From Octopus vulgaris (lineage: Eukaryota), in assembly GCA_951406725.2 (NCBI GenBank), contig OX597820.1:114824001-114888000 (forward strand): 64,000 nucleotides of DNA, given 5' to 3'. The notes beneath the pieces were generated by a model. That model saw only the letters and a list, made by a program, of their open reading frames with translations, did no database searches and was not told where the DNA came from. Positions 38,761 to 52,719 of the stretch are shown here, piece after piece. Every line of letters starts with the position of its first letter. Position 1 is the first letter of the stretch. Both the position numbers and the translations under genes were made by a program.

Positions 38761-41213
38761 CAAGTTTTCATATCCATGCATATTGCAAACAACAACTGAA
38801 GTATATGAAACTTGATAGCAGACTAAAGGCAGATTTTGCTCTCACATATTTATACTGTCCTGAAAGATGATGCAATGTATTGTAAGAATTGCATCATCAT
38901 AGAAATATTGCATCACCCTATAACCTAGCAGGTTGAAGGTGATGTATACCACATAAATTTACAGGAATAGTTTCATAACTTTGCCTATTTTATCTAAAAT
39001 TTAGCAAATAAATTTAATACAATTTTATCTATTTTATATCTGATAAATATCTAGGAAAATTTGATACTGCTTTTACTCTATTTAGAATGTCAAGTGTATT
39101 GTCTGAATTTAATTCGAGAGACCAATGGACCCATACAGTAATGAATGTATAATGTGAAATTTGCTAGCTTTTATAAACATATAGAAATGTTTCCATTTGA
39201 CAAATAAAAGAGAGTCACAAGAAATCAGCAGAATCAAATTATATAAACAATAGAAAACGACTGAAAAAACTGAAACTGGTCCTTTGGACCCATTGATAGA
39301 TAGAAGGTTAAACAAGAGAAAGATGCTAAGGAAGAAAACAAGAAAAATAACACAAGGGAGATAACCAACGTTGCAGTAACCTAATGTCAAGCAAACGTAA
39401 ACAAGATATTAATGATTTACTATATGGCTGGTGGCCTATTTTTAAATTCCATCAAGATGTATTTCTTAAAGTATGGACATATAGAAAAATTTTCATTCCT
39501 GGAATTTATGTAGTTGTTGGAGGCTGCCAAGTTCTTAAAGAGATATAGTTCTTCAAGAGAACATACTGAAGATTTTTCGGCATCCTTGTCCATTCCCATT
39601 GTTGGATATTACTATTAAGTGGTACTTTAAGTTTTGGAAGTCTTCTACTCTCAGGTTCAAAATTCAAAACAATTCAAAATATTCTTCATGCTAGATTAAA
39701 TGACATATTGTTTTGGTGGGTTTGGGGTGTCATGAAATGTACAGTAAGTACTGCTTAAAATCTGTAAGTTTGCAGTTATTGTCTTTTTTGATGTTTATTT
39801 TCTTTGTTTTAGTTTTTTTTTTTTTTTTTGGTGGGGATTATAAAATATCCTTTTATTTTATTACATATATAACATGTATGTATATGATACATATCATACA
39901 AAACCACATTAAAATACAAATCCAAAACTGAAGAAAATATAAACATGAGCAAAGAAAGAAGAAAAAAAGAAAAGGGGAAGGAAAAAGAGGGTGAAAGAGA
40001 AAAAGAAAAACGGAGGGAAAAGAGGAAGAAAAAAGGAAAAAAACATCAATTCAACACCAAGTATCTCAATTAGTCACACACCACATGGTTCACCGGAACC
40101 TACTGAAGCAAGCCAATATGCTCGCAGCATTACCACGGGCAACGGTAAGGCTAAGGTGTTGGAACAGCCAAGCACCCACCTGGATAGCAAGGATTGCTGA
40201 CTGTGATGGTGCACCATTCTGAAATGTGTGGTATTATTTATGTTATTAATTAGGGTTTTAAAATCATTAAGCTTGTCAAGGCCGGGGTCCACAGAATAAG
40301 GCAGTCATCCAAGGAACACTTCCAATTTCCTAATAGATATTTATGGAAGTTGATACCATTATTTTAGTCTAGATTGTTCATTTTTCAACTATTTCATAAC
40401 CCAATAATACAACACAATCCACGTAGTACAAATTCTAAGTAACTACCACCCAATACTAAAACACAACTTATACAACCCAAATCTAAAACACAACTCACAC
40501 AACACATACGAAGCATTATCACTATCCAACAAAGTAACACAACTCACCTAATCCAAACTGGTACTCCGGTGTGCTAACGTTTCTGCCAGCTCGCCGCATC
40601 CATGTGCTACACAAAGATGAAACACTAATGCAAGCAACACAAGAAACAACACAACAAACCTTAAGACCACACAAAACAGATGTAGCACAATTCAGGTACC
40701 AGCATAATTCTACATTCCTAAAAAAAGACAAAGCTACACGCATCCAAAAAATATGGAGAGCCACCTGGTGGAACTGTAGAAACTCGCAAAAAAAAAACTG
40801 TTGAAATTATAATAATAATGGTTTCAAATTTTGGTACGAGGCCAGTAGTTTTGGAGAAGGGGTAAATCGATTACATCAACCCCCGTGATCAACTGGTACT
40901 TATTTTATCAACCCCAACAGGATGAAAGGCAAAGTCAGCCTTAGTGGAATTTGAACTCAGGACATGAAGACATAAAAAGTGCTGCTAAGCATTTTGTTTG
41001 GTGTGCTAATGATAACCATGATAATAATAACAATAACTGTTTCTCAATTAGGCACAAATTAGTAACTTTCTTTTAATTTTATTCTTTTATTCGTTTCAGC
41101 CATGCAGCCGCAGTTATTTTATTTTTTTTTAAGGGAAGCAGGTTAGTCAATTAAATCAACCCAATACTTGAGTGGTGTTTTATTTTAACAATCCTAAAAG
41201 GATGAAAGGCAGC

Positions 41214-41609
41214 GGATCTTTTCGGTTTGAATGGCAGTTTTTAACATAATTTCTAGGTAACTAAAACATTTTAAACTTTGTATACTGGTAGAATGTGTTT
41301 ATAAAACATCTTTTTCTCGTGGTTTTATTGAGAAAATTCTATAGTTTGTAAGATATTTGTTGTTTTATTTCTTCAATTTCAACCAATCACTGATGTCTAT
41401 TGAGGTAAAAAACATTGTGCTGTATGAATATGTCCCTCATTTAAGAAAAATATTGGGTTTATTTACATTTGTGAAGAAAAAAAGATACCCTTCTCCCCAT
41501 CCCTAACCCTAAAACAGATTGAAAATAGATCGATACTAGGGTTATAATTATGGGTAACAATTTCATATGACACCGCTAGAAAAAACTGCCGTTCAAACCG
41601 AAAAGATTC
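41214..41609. mobile_element. MITE with 29-bp TIRs and 8-bp TSD (Merlin-like)
   Basis: TIR ggatcttttcggtttgaatggcagttttt and its reverse complement; TSD AAGGCAGC at 41206-41213 and 41610-41617. Confidence 0.88.
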
Positions 41610-42282
41610 AAGGCAGCTTTGGTGGTTCTGGTTTCAAATGCTGTCAGGTCAACTTTGCTTTGCATCCTTTCAACATTGATAAAATAAGTATTAATCATGT
41701 ATCGGGAGTGATGGGATTGACAACACTTACCTTAAATCTTCTGGCCTAAATCAGAAACAATACACAATAATCATGAAAATAATACAGGCTTCAAATTTTG
41801 GCACAAGGCTAACAATTTTAGAAGAGGATAAGCCTTTTACATCAACCCCTGTACTTGACTGGTACTTTATTTTATCAATCGTAAAAGGATGAAAGGGAAA
41901 ATTGATCTTGGAAGGAATTGAACTCAGAACATAAAGAGCTGGAAGAAATACTGCTCAGCATTTTGCCCTATGCGCTAATGATTATGCCAGCTCACTACCT
42001 TAATAATAACAACAATAATCCTTTCTACTATAGGCACAAGGCCTGAAATTTTGGAGAAGCAGGTGGGGGTGGGGATTTAGTCAATTACATCAATACCAGT
42101 GTTCAACTGATACCTATTTTATCAATTCCAAAAGAATGAAAGGCAAGGCAGACATCAGTCAGGTTTGAACTCAAGACTCAAAGCCCAAAGAAATATCAAT
42201 AAGCATTTTGTCCAGCATGCTAACAATTCCGACAACTTGTTGCCTTAAATAGTAATAATAATAATAATAAAATTATAATTAC

Positions 42283-42419
42283 CATCAGCATTAATAGACA
42301 TGTCATTAACATTACCAGAATCAATACGTTTCTTAAGAATCATGGATTCTAAGATTCGTTCTCTCAGAATATCGATAACTTTACGCTTTGTCACGTGCAT
42401 CACACCAATGTTTTGCAAC
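42283..42419 (-). CDS. NF-kB RHD exon (start of p50/p52-type insert)
   Basis: (K)LQNIGVMHVTKRKVIDILRERILESMILKKRIDSGNVNDMSINAD resembles p50 NLGILHVTKKKV; ctgcag/GTAATT boundaries; 137 nt. Confidence 0.95.
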
Positions 42420-43717
42420 CTGCAGAGAGAAAAGAAGATAAATGAAAGTATGAAAAAAACAATTTTAAATATGAGGAAGCACATTGGGTAGTAACTGTTA
42501 CTTCCTTTTTGCTTACCCCAAGAAACTATGAAAAATGGCAAATACTTCCTTCAAACATTGCTTTCGTTACATTTATTCAAACCATTTTGTTATTTTGTTA
42601 CATTTATTCAAATGAAGATGTGTTAATTTTATTTTAATGTAATAAATATTTTTGTTGAAAATTAGTATTATTTCACTATTTTGTACAAACCCCAAGAAGT
42701 TATGTAAAAGTTAAATCATAATTATTGTATGTATACTATATTTTCTGATTTTACTTATGCTGGTAAAAATATACTTCCACAGTTAACCAAAATGAATTTT
42801 TTGCTCAAGCTGGCAAAAATCACTGGAGCATCAGACAAAATACCTTACAGTAATTGCTATGACTCTTTACATTCTGAGTTCAAATCCCAGCAAGGTCAAT
42901 TTAACCTTTCATCCCTCTGGGATCAACAAAATAAAATACCACTCAAGTACTGGAGTCAATGGTATTGACTAATCCCATCTCCTCAGAATTGATGGTTTTG
43001 TTCCCAAATCAAAAACCATTACTACGTTGCTATTTGAAATGTAAATCAACACAAAATTTTGATGGAAAATTTCATTCAGACCACTTTAAAACATGAAATT
43101 TTACATCATAGAACCAGGGGTAGTTTTAGAAAAATTGGTACTACTTAACCCTTTCCCCTGTGAAATTAAATTTCATGGTTATTCCAGTAACGATGCTAAA
43201 TATCTACCAAAAATACAACTGGTATTTTTTGCAAGTCATGCTGCTTCAATAAACTTGAAATATTTCAACAAAAAATAGTTTCAAACATAACAATCTGCAA
43301 CAAAGACTGATACATAAAACTGCTTCCCACAATAAGAGGGTTTTTATTGTTTAAAAGGGTTTATTGCTGCTGTTTATCAGATACTGGTTATGACAATACA
43401 TGTATGCCTGTTTTGTTTTCATAAGTTTTGCATCAAAATATACCACCAAACCTTAGTCGCAATTTATATTCCTAATACTAGCTTAATGACAACTAAGTTA
43501 TTTTACAAAATTCTTTGTTATATTTAAAATAATTGAAAGAAACACAGAGCATCTCAAAATAAATACAGTAACGAAAGGCTTAACATAGTTCTAGGTAAAT
43601 AATTCTTCAGATGGCAGGATGATCAAGGTTAGAATACTTATAAGTCTAACTATTCCAGTCTGATCTGAAGTAAAACAATGTGTTAGTGAGACAATGGCTC
43701 AGATATGAATAGCTTAC

Positions 43718-43869
43718 TTGCAGGTAGGATTGTTAGTACTTGGGACGTCAATTGTGCAAATACCCTTGCTGCAGTTTTTACCAACAAGTTCGTGAGCATG
43801 TAAATAGGGTTCAGGATCATCAGTGACCAAACTGACAACAAAAAGAGCTGGTCCTTTATAATTCAAGAT
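43718..43869 (-). CDS. NF-kB RHD exon
   Basis: ILNYKGPALFVVSLVTDDPEPYLHAHELVGKNCSKGICTIDVPSTNNPTC resembles p50 ICNYVGPA..LHAHSLVGKHC; AG/GTAAG boundaries; 152 nt. Confidence 0.95.
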
Positions 43870-45149
43870 CTAAAACAGAATACAAAAACAACAAAAAAAA
43901 TGAGATTTTAATTGTGCCATCGTTAGTGTCTGTATCAAATGGTTATCAAGTTGACAATATCAATGGAAACAATGATAATGACAGCTTCAATGAGGACTGC
44001 AATGATAATAGTAACAATGTTGACAATGGCACTAATGAAAACTGTAATATTGAAAATGGCAAACATTGGAATGCAAATGTTCAATTCTGTTTCACTCTAT
44101 TGCACTCATTATAATTCATCATCATCATCATTTAACGTCCGCTTTCCATGCTAGCATGGGTTGGACGATTTGACTGAGGGCTGGTGAACCAGATGGCTGC
44201 ACCAGGCTCCAATCTTGATTTGGCAGAGTTTCTACAGCTGGATGCCCTTCCTAACACCAACCACTCCGAGAGTGTAGTGGGTGCTTTTTACGTGCTACCG
44301 GCATCGGGGTCAGTCAGGTAGTACTGGCAACGAACTCACTCGAATCTTTTTACACATGCCACCAGCACAGGTGCCTGTAAGGCGACGTTGGTAACGATCA
44401 CGCTCGAATGGTGCCCTTTTACATGCCACCGGCACAGAAGCTCTGGCAATGATCACGCTCGGATGGTGCTCTTGGCACCCTACTAGCACGGGGCACAAGT
44501 GCCAGTAAGGCGACGCTGGTAACAATCACACTCAAATGGTGCCTTTTATATGATTGTTATTCATTTAATGGCATGGTATAGTAAAGTCAAGAAATCCAAA
44601 TGTTCAATTCTGTTTACTCTTGCTGTAAATATAGAAAATTCCATCTCTTCATTTGTTTTGTTTTTTTACTTGCTATCTTATCCAAATGTCCCATGGTTTC
44701 ATCGACCATCCTTAATTCTCAAAAATTTCACTGCTCTTCCTCTCTCTCTCGGTTTTGTTAACCACTTGCTTTCCCATGTTGATTGTTAAATAGTAGCTCA
44801 ATTTGTTTGTGGCTATGCCACATCAGCTTTAGCTAGAGAAGAGGGCAGCCACAGTGGCTTGCCATTCAAAGTGCGCCCTCCCATCCCACTCTCACCACCT
44901 ATTTCTTTACTACCCACAAGGGGCTAAACACAGAGGACAAACAAGGACAGACAAACAGATTAAGTCGATTATATCGACACCAGTGCGTAACTGGTACTTA
45001 ATTTATCGACACCGAAAGGATGAAAGGCAAAGTCGACCTCAGCAGAATTTGAACTCAGAACGTAACGACAGATGAAATACCGATAAGCCTTTCGCCCGGC
45101 ATGTTAACGTTTCTGCCACTCCCACCACCTATACAGGAAGATGCATAAT

Positions 45150-47125
45150 GCTGCTATCCCCCATCCTAGGGTCTTGCTGGTCCACACCTTCAGAGTTGGC
45201 ACATTGAAAGGTAGATCTAGTGAGATTGTTGAGATGCTTGAACAGAGATGTGTAGATTTGCGCTGCATCCAAGAAGGTGGAGAGGAAGTTCTGCTAGGTT
45301 CCTCACAGGCAAAGAACACATGTATAAGATTTTCTGGGTAGGGAACACTGATGGGGTCGGAGGCATGGGTATACTCCTTGTGAAGAAATAGGTTGATAAA
45401 ATAATTGAGCTAGCCAGAGTCTGTGATAGAATACTTAGGCTTAGACTAGTGCTGCAACATGGGTTAGCAACCATTATCTTGGCCTATGCTCCTCAGATAG
45501 GGCTACCTGATGAACAGAAAGACCGATTTTATGACACCCTCTTGCAGACTACATTGTCAACAAATAACAGGGACCTTCTCTTTGTGACAGGCGACTTCAA
45601 TGGACGTGTTGGACAACATCCAAGGGGCTTCCATGGTGTGCATGATGGCAATGGATTTGGTTCCCGCAATGAGAAGGGAACCAGTCTGCTGAAGTTCTGT
45701 GATGCAAGTGATCTTATGATCTGTAATATTAAGTTCAGGAAACCTGTCAGTCACTTGTTCACCTACCAGTCTGGTGGGTACGCTAGTCAGATTGACTACA
45801 TTCTCATCAGGAAATAAGAAAGATTGCTACTTATAAATGCCAAAACTTTCCCAGCTGAAGAATGCACCCTACAACATAGGTTAGTAGTTAGCAACTTCAA
45901 GATCAGGGCTAAATGGCTGCCCAGAAGATCTGGAAGCTTAAGGATCCTCTGAATGGACAGAGATTTAGAGACGCATTACTTGAAGCTTGACGAAAAAGTG
46001 GAGGATATAGCATCACATAAGATGGAGGACAACTGGAGGTTCCTACGGGACAACCTGTTGAGGGCTACTGACCAGATCTGTGGCTAGTGCAAAGTTCCCT
46101 CTCGAGCTAAGGTAACCTGGTGGTGGAACAATGTAGGTGACAGGGCCATTAGGGAAAAGAAACAGGCATGGTAGGACTGGAAGTGTGATGGTAGCAGAAA
46201 ACTGTATCAGATTGCCAGAAGGGAAGCTAGGAGACAGGTTTATTTAGCCAGAGGGGAAGCAGATAAGAAAAAATTTGCCAATGTTCTGCATTGTGTGGAC
46301 CAGATTCTTGAAGCGTTTTGAATTGCAAGACAGTGTGTGAGAGAAAATTGCGATGTCATAGGAGAGAAATGTGTCCACATGGATGATGGCTCACTTGCAT
46401 TTTATGATGCTGCAAAGACAGAGGCTTGAAGACACTACTATGAAAGGTTGTTAAATGAAGAGAACGAATGGGAGAAAGAGAGCCTGCCAAATGTCAACAG
46501 AGGAACCAGCTATTCAAATTGACAGTATCATGGTAGATAGAGCAATTAAGGGTATGAAGACAGGAAAAGCCCCCAGCCCATCAGGAATCACTGCAAAGAT
46601 ACTAAAAATATCTGGCAGTGTAGGATATAGTCACCCATATAGTTAACCAGGTGATACACAAAGGAGTCACTTTCAATGAATGGTGTAGCAGCACCATAGT
46701 CAACTATTACAAAGGTAAAGGTGATGCCTTAGACAGAAATAATTACAGAGGTATCAAATTGTTGCATCAAGTGATGAAAGTCACGGAGAGGGTCATAGCC
46801 CAACTAATTAGGGAGAGAGTTAGTTTAGATGAGATGCAGGGAGAAGCACAACTGATGCTATATTTCTGGTAAGACAGCTGCAGGAGAAATTCCCAGGCAA
46901 AGATAAACCTCTGTACTTGGTTTTTGTTGACATGGAGAAAGCCTTTTCATCATGCCAGCGTGATGAAAAAAAGCATCCAGCATGCAATGTAACGCGGTTG
47001 ACATTAGGGAGGGGATCCAGTTGTAGAAAGCATGTCAAAACAGGCATTGGTGCTTGATACAGCCTTCCAACATGTTACATCCTGTCAACCCTGCCAACAC
47101 GGAAAACAGACATTAAATGATGATA
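45150..47125 (+). mobile_element. Degenerate RTE LINE (APE endonuclease plus partial RT, joined to 3' UTR)
   Basis: VGTLKGRS..CIQE, YAPQ, GDFNG, QIDYIL, WWWN, GKAP, KGKGD..NYRGIKLL, FVDMEKAF motifs. Confidence 0.9.
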
Positions 47126-47232
47126 AAGCAAAAATTAGCTTTCGTTGGAGCAAATAGTGCAAAGGTATCAATCATCTCAATAAAGTTCATTTAAGACTTA
47201 TTCTAAGAGAGGAGGAGGAGATATTTACTTAC

Positions 47233-47372
47233 TTGTACTGTTGGATAAGTCCTTTTAGACTTTTGGCTATGGGCACCTTGCAAACCTCCATGAGATGGTC
47301 CTTCACACTTGTATCGAAATCTGAATCCACGTGACTGTGGTTGTTCAATGAAAACTAATTTGGGGGTTGTTT
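47233..47372 (-). CDS. NF-kB RHD exon (DNA recognition loop)
   Basis: [47 protein letters not shown] contains the RxxRxRxxC motif and the class I SHGGL signature; ttgcag/GTAAGT boundaries; 140 nt. Confidence 0.97.
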
Positions 47373-47393
47373 CTGCAAAAGTGAATAAAAAAA

Positions 47394-47453
<60 letters not shown>

Positions 47454-47963
47454 GTAGCAAGTAAAGAAACACTGTTTCAACTCTGTGCTTGAGGAGATCT
47501 ACTGAGTCAAGTACACCAACATCAAAAATCAATGGAAACTGTAGTTGTGATCCCTGGGCCGGTGGCATGTAAAAAGTACCATCCAAACATGGCCGATCCC
47601 AGTGCTGCGTTGACTGGCTTCCATGCCGGTGGCACATAAAAAGCACCAATTTGATCGTGGCCATTGCCAGCCTTGCCTGGCACCTGTGCCGGTGGCACGT
47701 AAAAATTACCCACTTCACTCACAGAGTGGTTGGCGTTAGGAAGGGCATCCAGCTGTAGAAACTCTGCCAGATCAGACTGGAGCAGCCTTCTGGCTTCCCA
47801 GATCCCCAGTCGAACCATCCAACCCATGCTAGCATGGAGAACGGATGTTAAACGATGATGATGATGATGATATATATAGGTGCAGGTGTGGCTGTGTGGT
47901 GAGGAGCTTCCTCCCCAACAACATGGTTCCAGGTTCAGTCACACTGTAGCACCTTGAGCAAGT

Positions 47964-48346
47964 ATCTATATATATAAAATTGAGGATATGTGTCTGTCTG
48001 TGTCTGTATGTGTGCATCACTAAAGCTCGAGAACTACAAAACCAATTTCATTCAAATTTTACCCATGCCTTACTTCGGAGCCAGGCAGAGTCAGGGGCCA
48101 AAAACATTTTCAACCTCTTGCCTAATGCAAGCCTAGAGCAATCCCTTATCTCTTAAACTATTTCAGCATTACATGTCAATAGCATCTCAATAACAAGTGA
48201 AACAATAGTATCTCTATGTGAGATAATACTTTCACTTTTCATAGTTTCACTATTAAGACTTTCACAGTGTATATGATAAATAAATAGTAAAACTATCAAT
48301 ACTGAAATTATTATCTCACATAAATACATACATGTACATCTATATG

Positions 48347-48385
<39 letters not shown>

Positions 48386-48950
48386 CTTATGAAAGTAAAC
48401 AAAGTTTCCTTTAGAAGCGTTGAGATGTATTCAAACATTCAGAACTAATTTACTCACAAATGTATGATAATGCTAATACAATAGCATGAACAGGATAAAC
48501 TATCAATGTATTGCAGAAAATATTGTAACCATACCGCCGTGAAGCACGAACTCACATACCTGTGATTACGCAACAAGTGCATTAACCATTAAGCTACATT
48601 GTCCAGTAACAAATTCTTCTGCAATTTTAGGATTTATAAATCTACATTTCAAAGACACTGATGTTAAATTTAACTGATGATGAAAGAGAACAAAGCTTGC
48701 TCTAGAAGTGTTGAGATGAATTAACAGATAGAGAAACAATTTAATTTCAAATACATGATAATGTTAATACAATAGCATCAAGAGGATAAACTACCTGTAT
48801 ATTGCACAAAGAATCCATACAAGCCAGCTATGAGAATAATGGCTGAGTAGTAATAATTTTTTCTGCAAGATTGTTTATGCTGTTCTTGGTAGAGTATAAA
48901 AATTGTCATGCGTTCCAGAATAAATCATTTCTGTAAATTTATATATATAT
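47964..48950 (+). mobile_element. Helitron-like 5' segment inserted in a SINE
   Basis: A|TCTATATATATAAAA start followed by tgtctgt repeats; internal duplication (about 48395 and 48688); tRNA-like piece at about 48535-48600 (-). Confidence 0.6.
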
Positions 48951-48959
48951 ATATATATA

Positions 48960-49353
48960 TCTTTATATATAAAAGTCAAGTTTTAGATTCCTACGATTTA
49001 GATTCCTAACTACTGCCACATTTTGCGGTGCAGTTTAACCGAAACCGGAGATCTTATAGTCGTGATTCATATCGAGCCCTTTTGGGTATTAGCGTGCGTC
49101 TACGATGAGTCTACGATTTAAAAAAAAAATTTACCATAATTTTTTTCCATTTTAATGCATTTTTTCGCTATTATATAAGGGAAGTAACTCTCTAAAAATG
49201 TCTACGAAGAGTCAACGATTAAAAAACAAATTTACCATAATTTTTTTTCCATTTTTAATGCATAGTTTTGCTATTTTTTGGCTATAACTCTCTAAAAATG
49301 CTTATATAGTTATTTCCCTTACAAACCTGAGCAACGCCGGGCCATACTGCTAG
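48960..49353 (+). mobile_element. Non-autonomous Helitron, about 400 bp
   Basis: Same family as 27477-27879; TC start, hairpin, CTAG|T end. Confidence 0.88.
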
Positions 49354-49998
49354 TATATATGTATCATCATCATCATCATCGTTTAACGTCCGTTTTCCGC
49401 GCTAGCACGGGTTGGACGGTTTGACCGGGGTCTGGGAAGCCAGAGGCCTCTCCAGGCTCCAGTCTGATCTGGCAGAGTTTCTACGGCTGGATGCCCTTCC
49501 TAACGCCAACCACTCCGCGAGTGGATTGGGTGCTTTTTACGTGCCACCTGCACAGGGGCCGGGGGGTCCGGCATCGGTCACGATCGGTTCGAGCTTTTTC
49601 TAGAGTTGAGTTGGGGGGGGTCTAGCTGAGAAAGGTTCCACCAGTGGAAAGAGAGGGAGAGATAGTGGGGGGTGCAGGTAATAAAGGGAAGCACCAGTGG
49701 GGAAGGTTGGGTAAGGAGGAACGATGACAAGGAAAGGGTTGGTGCAGAAGAAATAAAAACGTAGGATATCACGAGACAGGGAGGGGGACTGGAAGGAGAT
49801 GGTCGGATTGAGGCAGTGCCAGATTCTAAACAGGAGGTAACATAAGATCAGTGGGGCAGTTAATGAGCTGCGGTACTAGCAGCTTGACTTGGTGGGGGGA
49901 AGGGGTAGTACACAGTGAAAGCATATGTGAAGGAGGGGTAGGAGGGAGAGACACACGTGGGGGAGGAGGAGGAGGAGGGCATATCCGGTGTAGATGGC

Positions 49999-50240
49999 GA
50001 GAAGTGTTCACCGGTATTGGTGGTGAGAAGTGTTCACCGGTATTGGTGGTGGGGGTGAGAAGTGTTCACCGGTATTGGTGGTGGGGGTGAGAAGTGTTCA
50101 CCGGTATTGGTGGTGGGGGTGGAAGGGCGGGGGTATTGGTGGTGGGGGTGGGAGGGTGGGGGTATTGGGGGTGGGGTGGGAGGGTGGGGTATTGGGGTGG
50201 GAGGGTGGGGGTATTGGTGGTGGGGGTGGGAGGGCAGGGG
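49999..50240. repeat. G-rich minisatellite (about 32-bp units grading into GGGT/GGGA runs)
   Basis: Units of gagaagtgttcaccggtattggtggtgggggt, followed by many G3-G5 tracts. Confidence 0.9.
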
Positions 50241-50518
50241 CACCGCCGAATGGCGGAAAAGATGGAAATTAAGGATTGAAGGATTAAAGGGTTAAATTTC
50301 GTAGAGAAAAGATAGGAAAAAACGAAGCAGTTATTGTATGAGTACAGACGTTTAACAATAGTAACGAATGAGGTACGAAAGATAATGGGATAAAATGTTT
50401 TTGCAACTTGCTGCGAATATGAAAGCCGGAAGCCGCTGTTGGAGAAGAAAGGAAGTCTAAAAATTGGGAACCGTAAATCGTAATGGCGAAGAAGAAGAAG
50501 AAGAAGAAGAAAAGAAGA

Positions 50519-50608
<90 letters not shown>

Positions 50609-50724
50609 TATATATGATATTGATACGAACGAAAAAAAATGAAGACGAGCAAAATAACATTATGTCCACGGGCTGTTTGTGTGAGGGCCCATGGTGGCAT
50701 CGTAGGCTTGCGTGTGGCATAAAA

Positions 50725-50755
<31 letters not shown>

Positions 50756-50759
50756 AATA

Positions 50760-51720
50760 TACAACATGCTGGAATGTGTATGTCCACCTTGCAGGACTCT
50801 ACTAGCAGTGACCAACCCAGAAGCATTTAGTACTTACTGCAAGAGGACTAGGTTTGCAGTTCTCAGTGAACCACAGGGGAGTGATCACTAATAGAACAAA
50901 GAGTAGGCTACATGCTGTACTGTCCAGACAAGCTAAGAACAACTGAAGACAGTCTGGAGTTGGCTTTACAATAAAGAACACCATTTTCTCCAGGCATGAG
51001 AGTTTCCACATTGGTCACTCTCAGTACATCTATTTGGGGGGCTTGTCAATGCCATGTACCTGTTTGACACTTGTCTAGATGAAATTCATGTGTTGATATA
51101 TAACAGACAGTGAATAATACCTCTCTAGGTATTGCTGAAAGTTTGCCAAGTTGTAAAAAACTCAGTGAACGCAACTGAAACAGCATTTAACTTTCTCTAC
51201 AAGATGGCTATTATGCAAGCATCATCAGCATCTATGCTTCAACCCTTCAAGCTAATCCAGCTATAAAGTGAATTGAGTTCTCTCAACCAAAAGACAACAG
51301 CAAAAGACAGAATCTTCCTTATGGGTGACTTTAACTCAAAGGTCAGCAGAAACCACACCATATGGCTAGACAGACTCACTCAACATGGCATTGGCAATTG
51401 CAACAACAATGAGTAAATGTTGAATGAATTCTGTGCAGAACATGGTTTTGTCATTACCAATATCCCGTTTTAGTAGAGAGCACAGTTCAAGACAACTTGG
51501 AGACACTCTTGGTTGAAACACTGGCCCCTGCTTCACTACATATTGGTGCAATAGATGGATATAAAGATCATGCTCAATGTCAGAGTCATGCCTAGTGCAC
51601 ACTGGTACACAGACCACAGGTTGGTTTGTGCACAAGTCAGACTGTTCATCAAATCTGTCAGGAAGAGAGGTCATTTAACAAAGAAATTGCAGGTCAACAG
51701 ACTTCTACAACTGCAGGAAG
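50760..51720 (+). mobile_element. Old LINE endonuclease remnant
   Basis: CWNV, GVGFTI, LMGDFNSKV and TDHRLV-like motifs in broken frames. Confidence 0.6.
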
Positions 51721-52382
51721 GGTTTCTGTGAAGGTGCCTCTGTGTGTATAGTCATTTGTGTATCATACTAAATATATGTACACCACTGAAAGGTAAGTAG
51801 GCTGCTAAGGTGTTGGACTAAGAGAAAATCTCTTTATAGACGTGTTAAAAACACAGTATATACCAGAGTAAAATGAATATCATTGCAGCTGTACCTCACA
51901 AGAATAACAGACACATTTAGCCCTACTTGGGGGCTTGTCAATGCCATGTACATGTTTGACACTTGGCTAGATGAAATTCACGTGTTGATATATAACAGAC
52001 AGGATTGTTACCAACGTCACTTCACTGGCACCTGTGCCAGTGGCACGTGTAAACAGATTCAAGCAAGGTCATTGCCAGTACAACTTGACTGGCCCCTGTG
52101 CCGGTGGCACGTAAAAAGCACCCACCACACTCTCGGAGTGATTGGTGCTAGGAAGGGCATCTAGCTGTAGAAACTCTGCCAGATCAATATCGGAGCCTGG
52201 TGCAGCCTTCTGGTTCGCCAGCCCTCAGTCAAAATCGTCCAACCCATGCTAGCATGGAAAGCGGACGTCAAACGATGAGTGAATAATACCTCTCTAGGTA
52301 TTGCTGAAAGTTTGTTAAGTTGTAAAATACTCAGTGAACGCAACTGGAACAGCATTAAATTAAAATTTACATATAAACTTAC

Positions 52383-52524
52383 CTGATGTCTTTGTTATAT
52401 CATTACTTTGAAGAAGACTAGTACTGTTCTCACTTGTTAGAGAACTGAAAATTTGTTTTACATGCTCATTAGTCAATTCTATAGACTCCTCAGAGTCACT
52501 TCTTGAAGATAAACAATCATCCAT
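52383..52524 (-). CDS. NF-kB p105/p100/Relish-like, first coding exon (Ser/acidic N-terminus)
   Basis: Translates MDDCLSSRSDSEESIELTNEHVKQIFSSLTSENSTSLLQSNDITKTS. Acceptor ttcag at 52555, in-frame TGA just upstream of the ATG, donor GTAAGT; phase 1 joins the RHD exon as G+AA=E. Confidence 0.75.
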
Positions 52525-52719
52525 ATTTAAATTTCACACAACGACGATTATCAGCTGAAGTTGGGAAAATCTAAAAAAACAAAAAAAATATATATATATA
52601 AAACAATAACATAAGCATTTGCAAAAACAACTACAAAGTAATGAAAATAACAAACTATTCCTTGCAAGTTGCAAGTGAATTGCACATGCATGTGCATTAT
52701 TCTATCCACTGTTCCTGAG

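Noticed and set aside
39400-40800. Possible L1/Tx1 LINE remnant or extra exons
   Set aside because: No diagnostic motif recovered, and the NF-kB exon chain is complete without it.
48535-48600. tRNA gene
   Set aside because: Only degenerate A/B boxes; no complete cloverleaf could be drawn.
49851-50295. Gly-rich ORFs that might encode the NF-kB glycine-rich region
   Set aside because: Wrong strand and position; products of the G-rich minisatellite.
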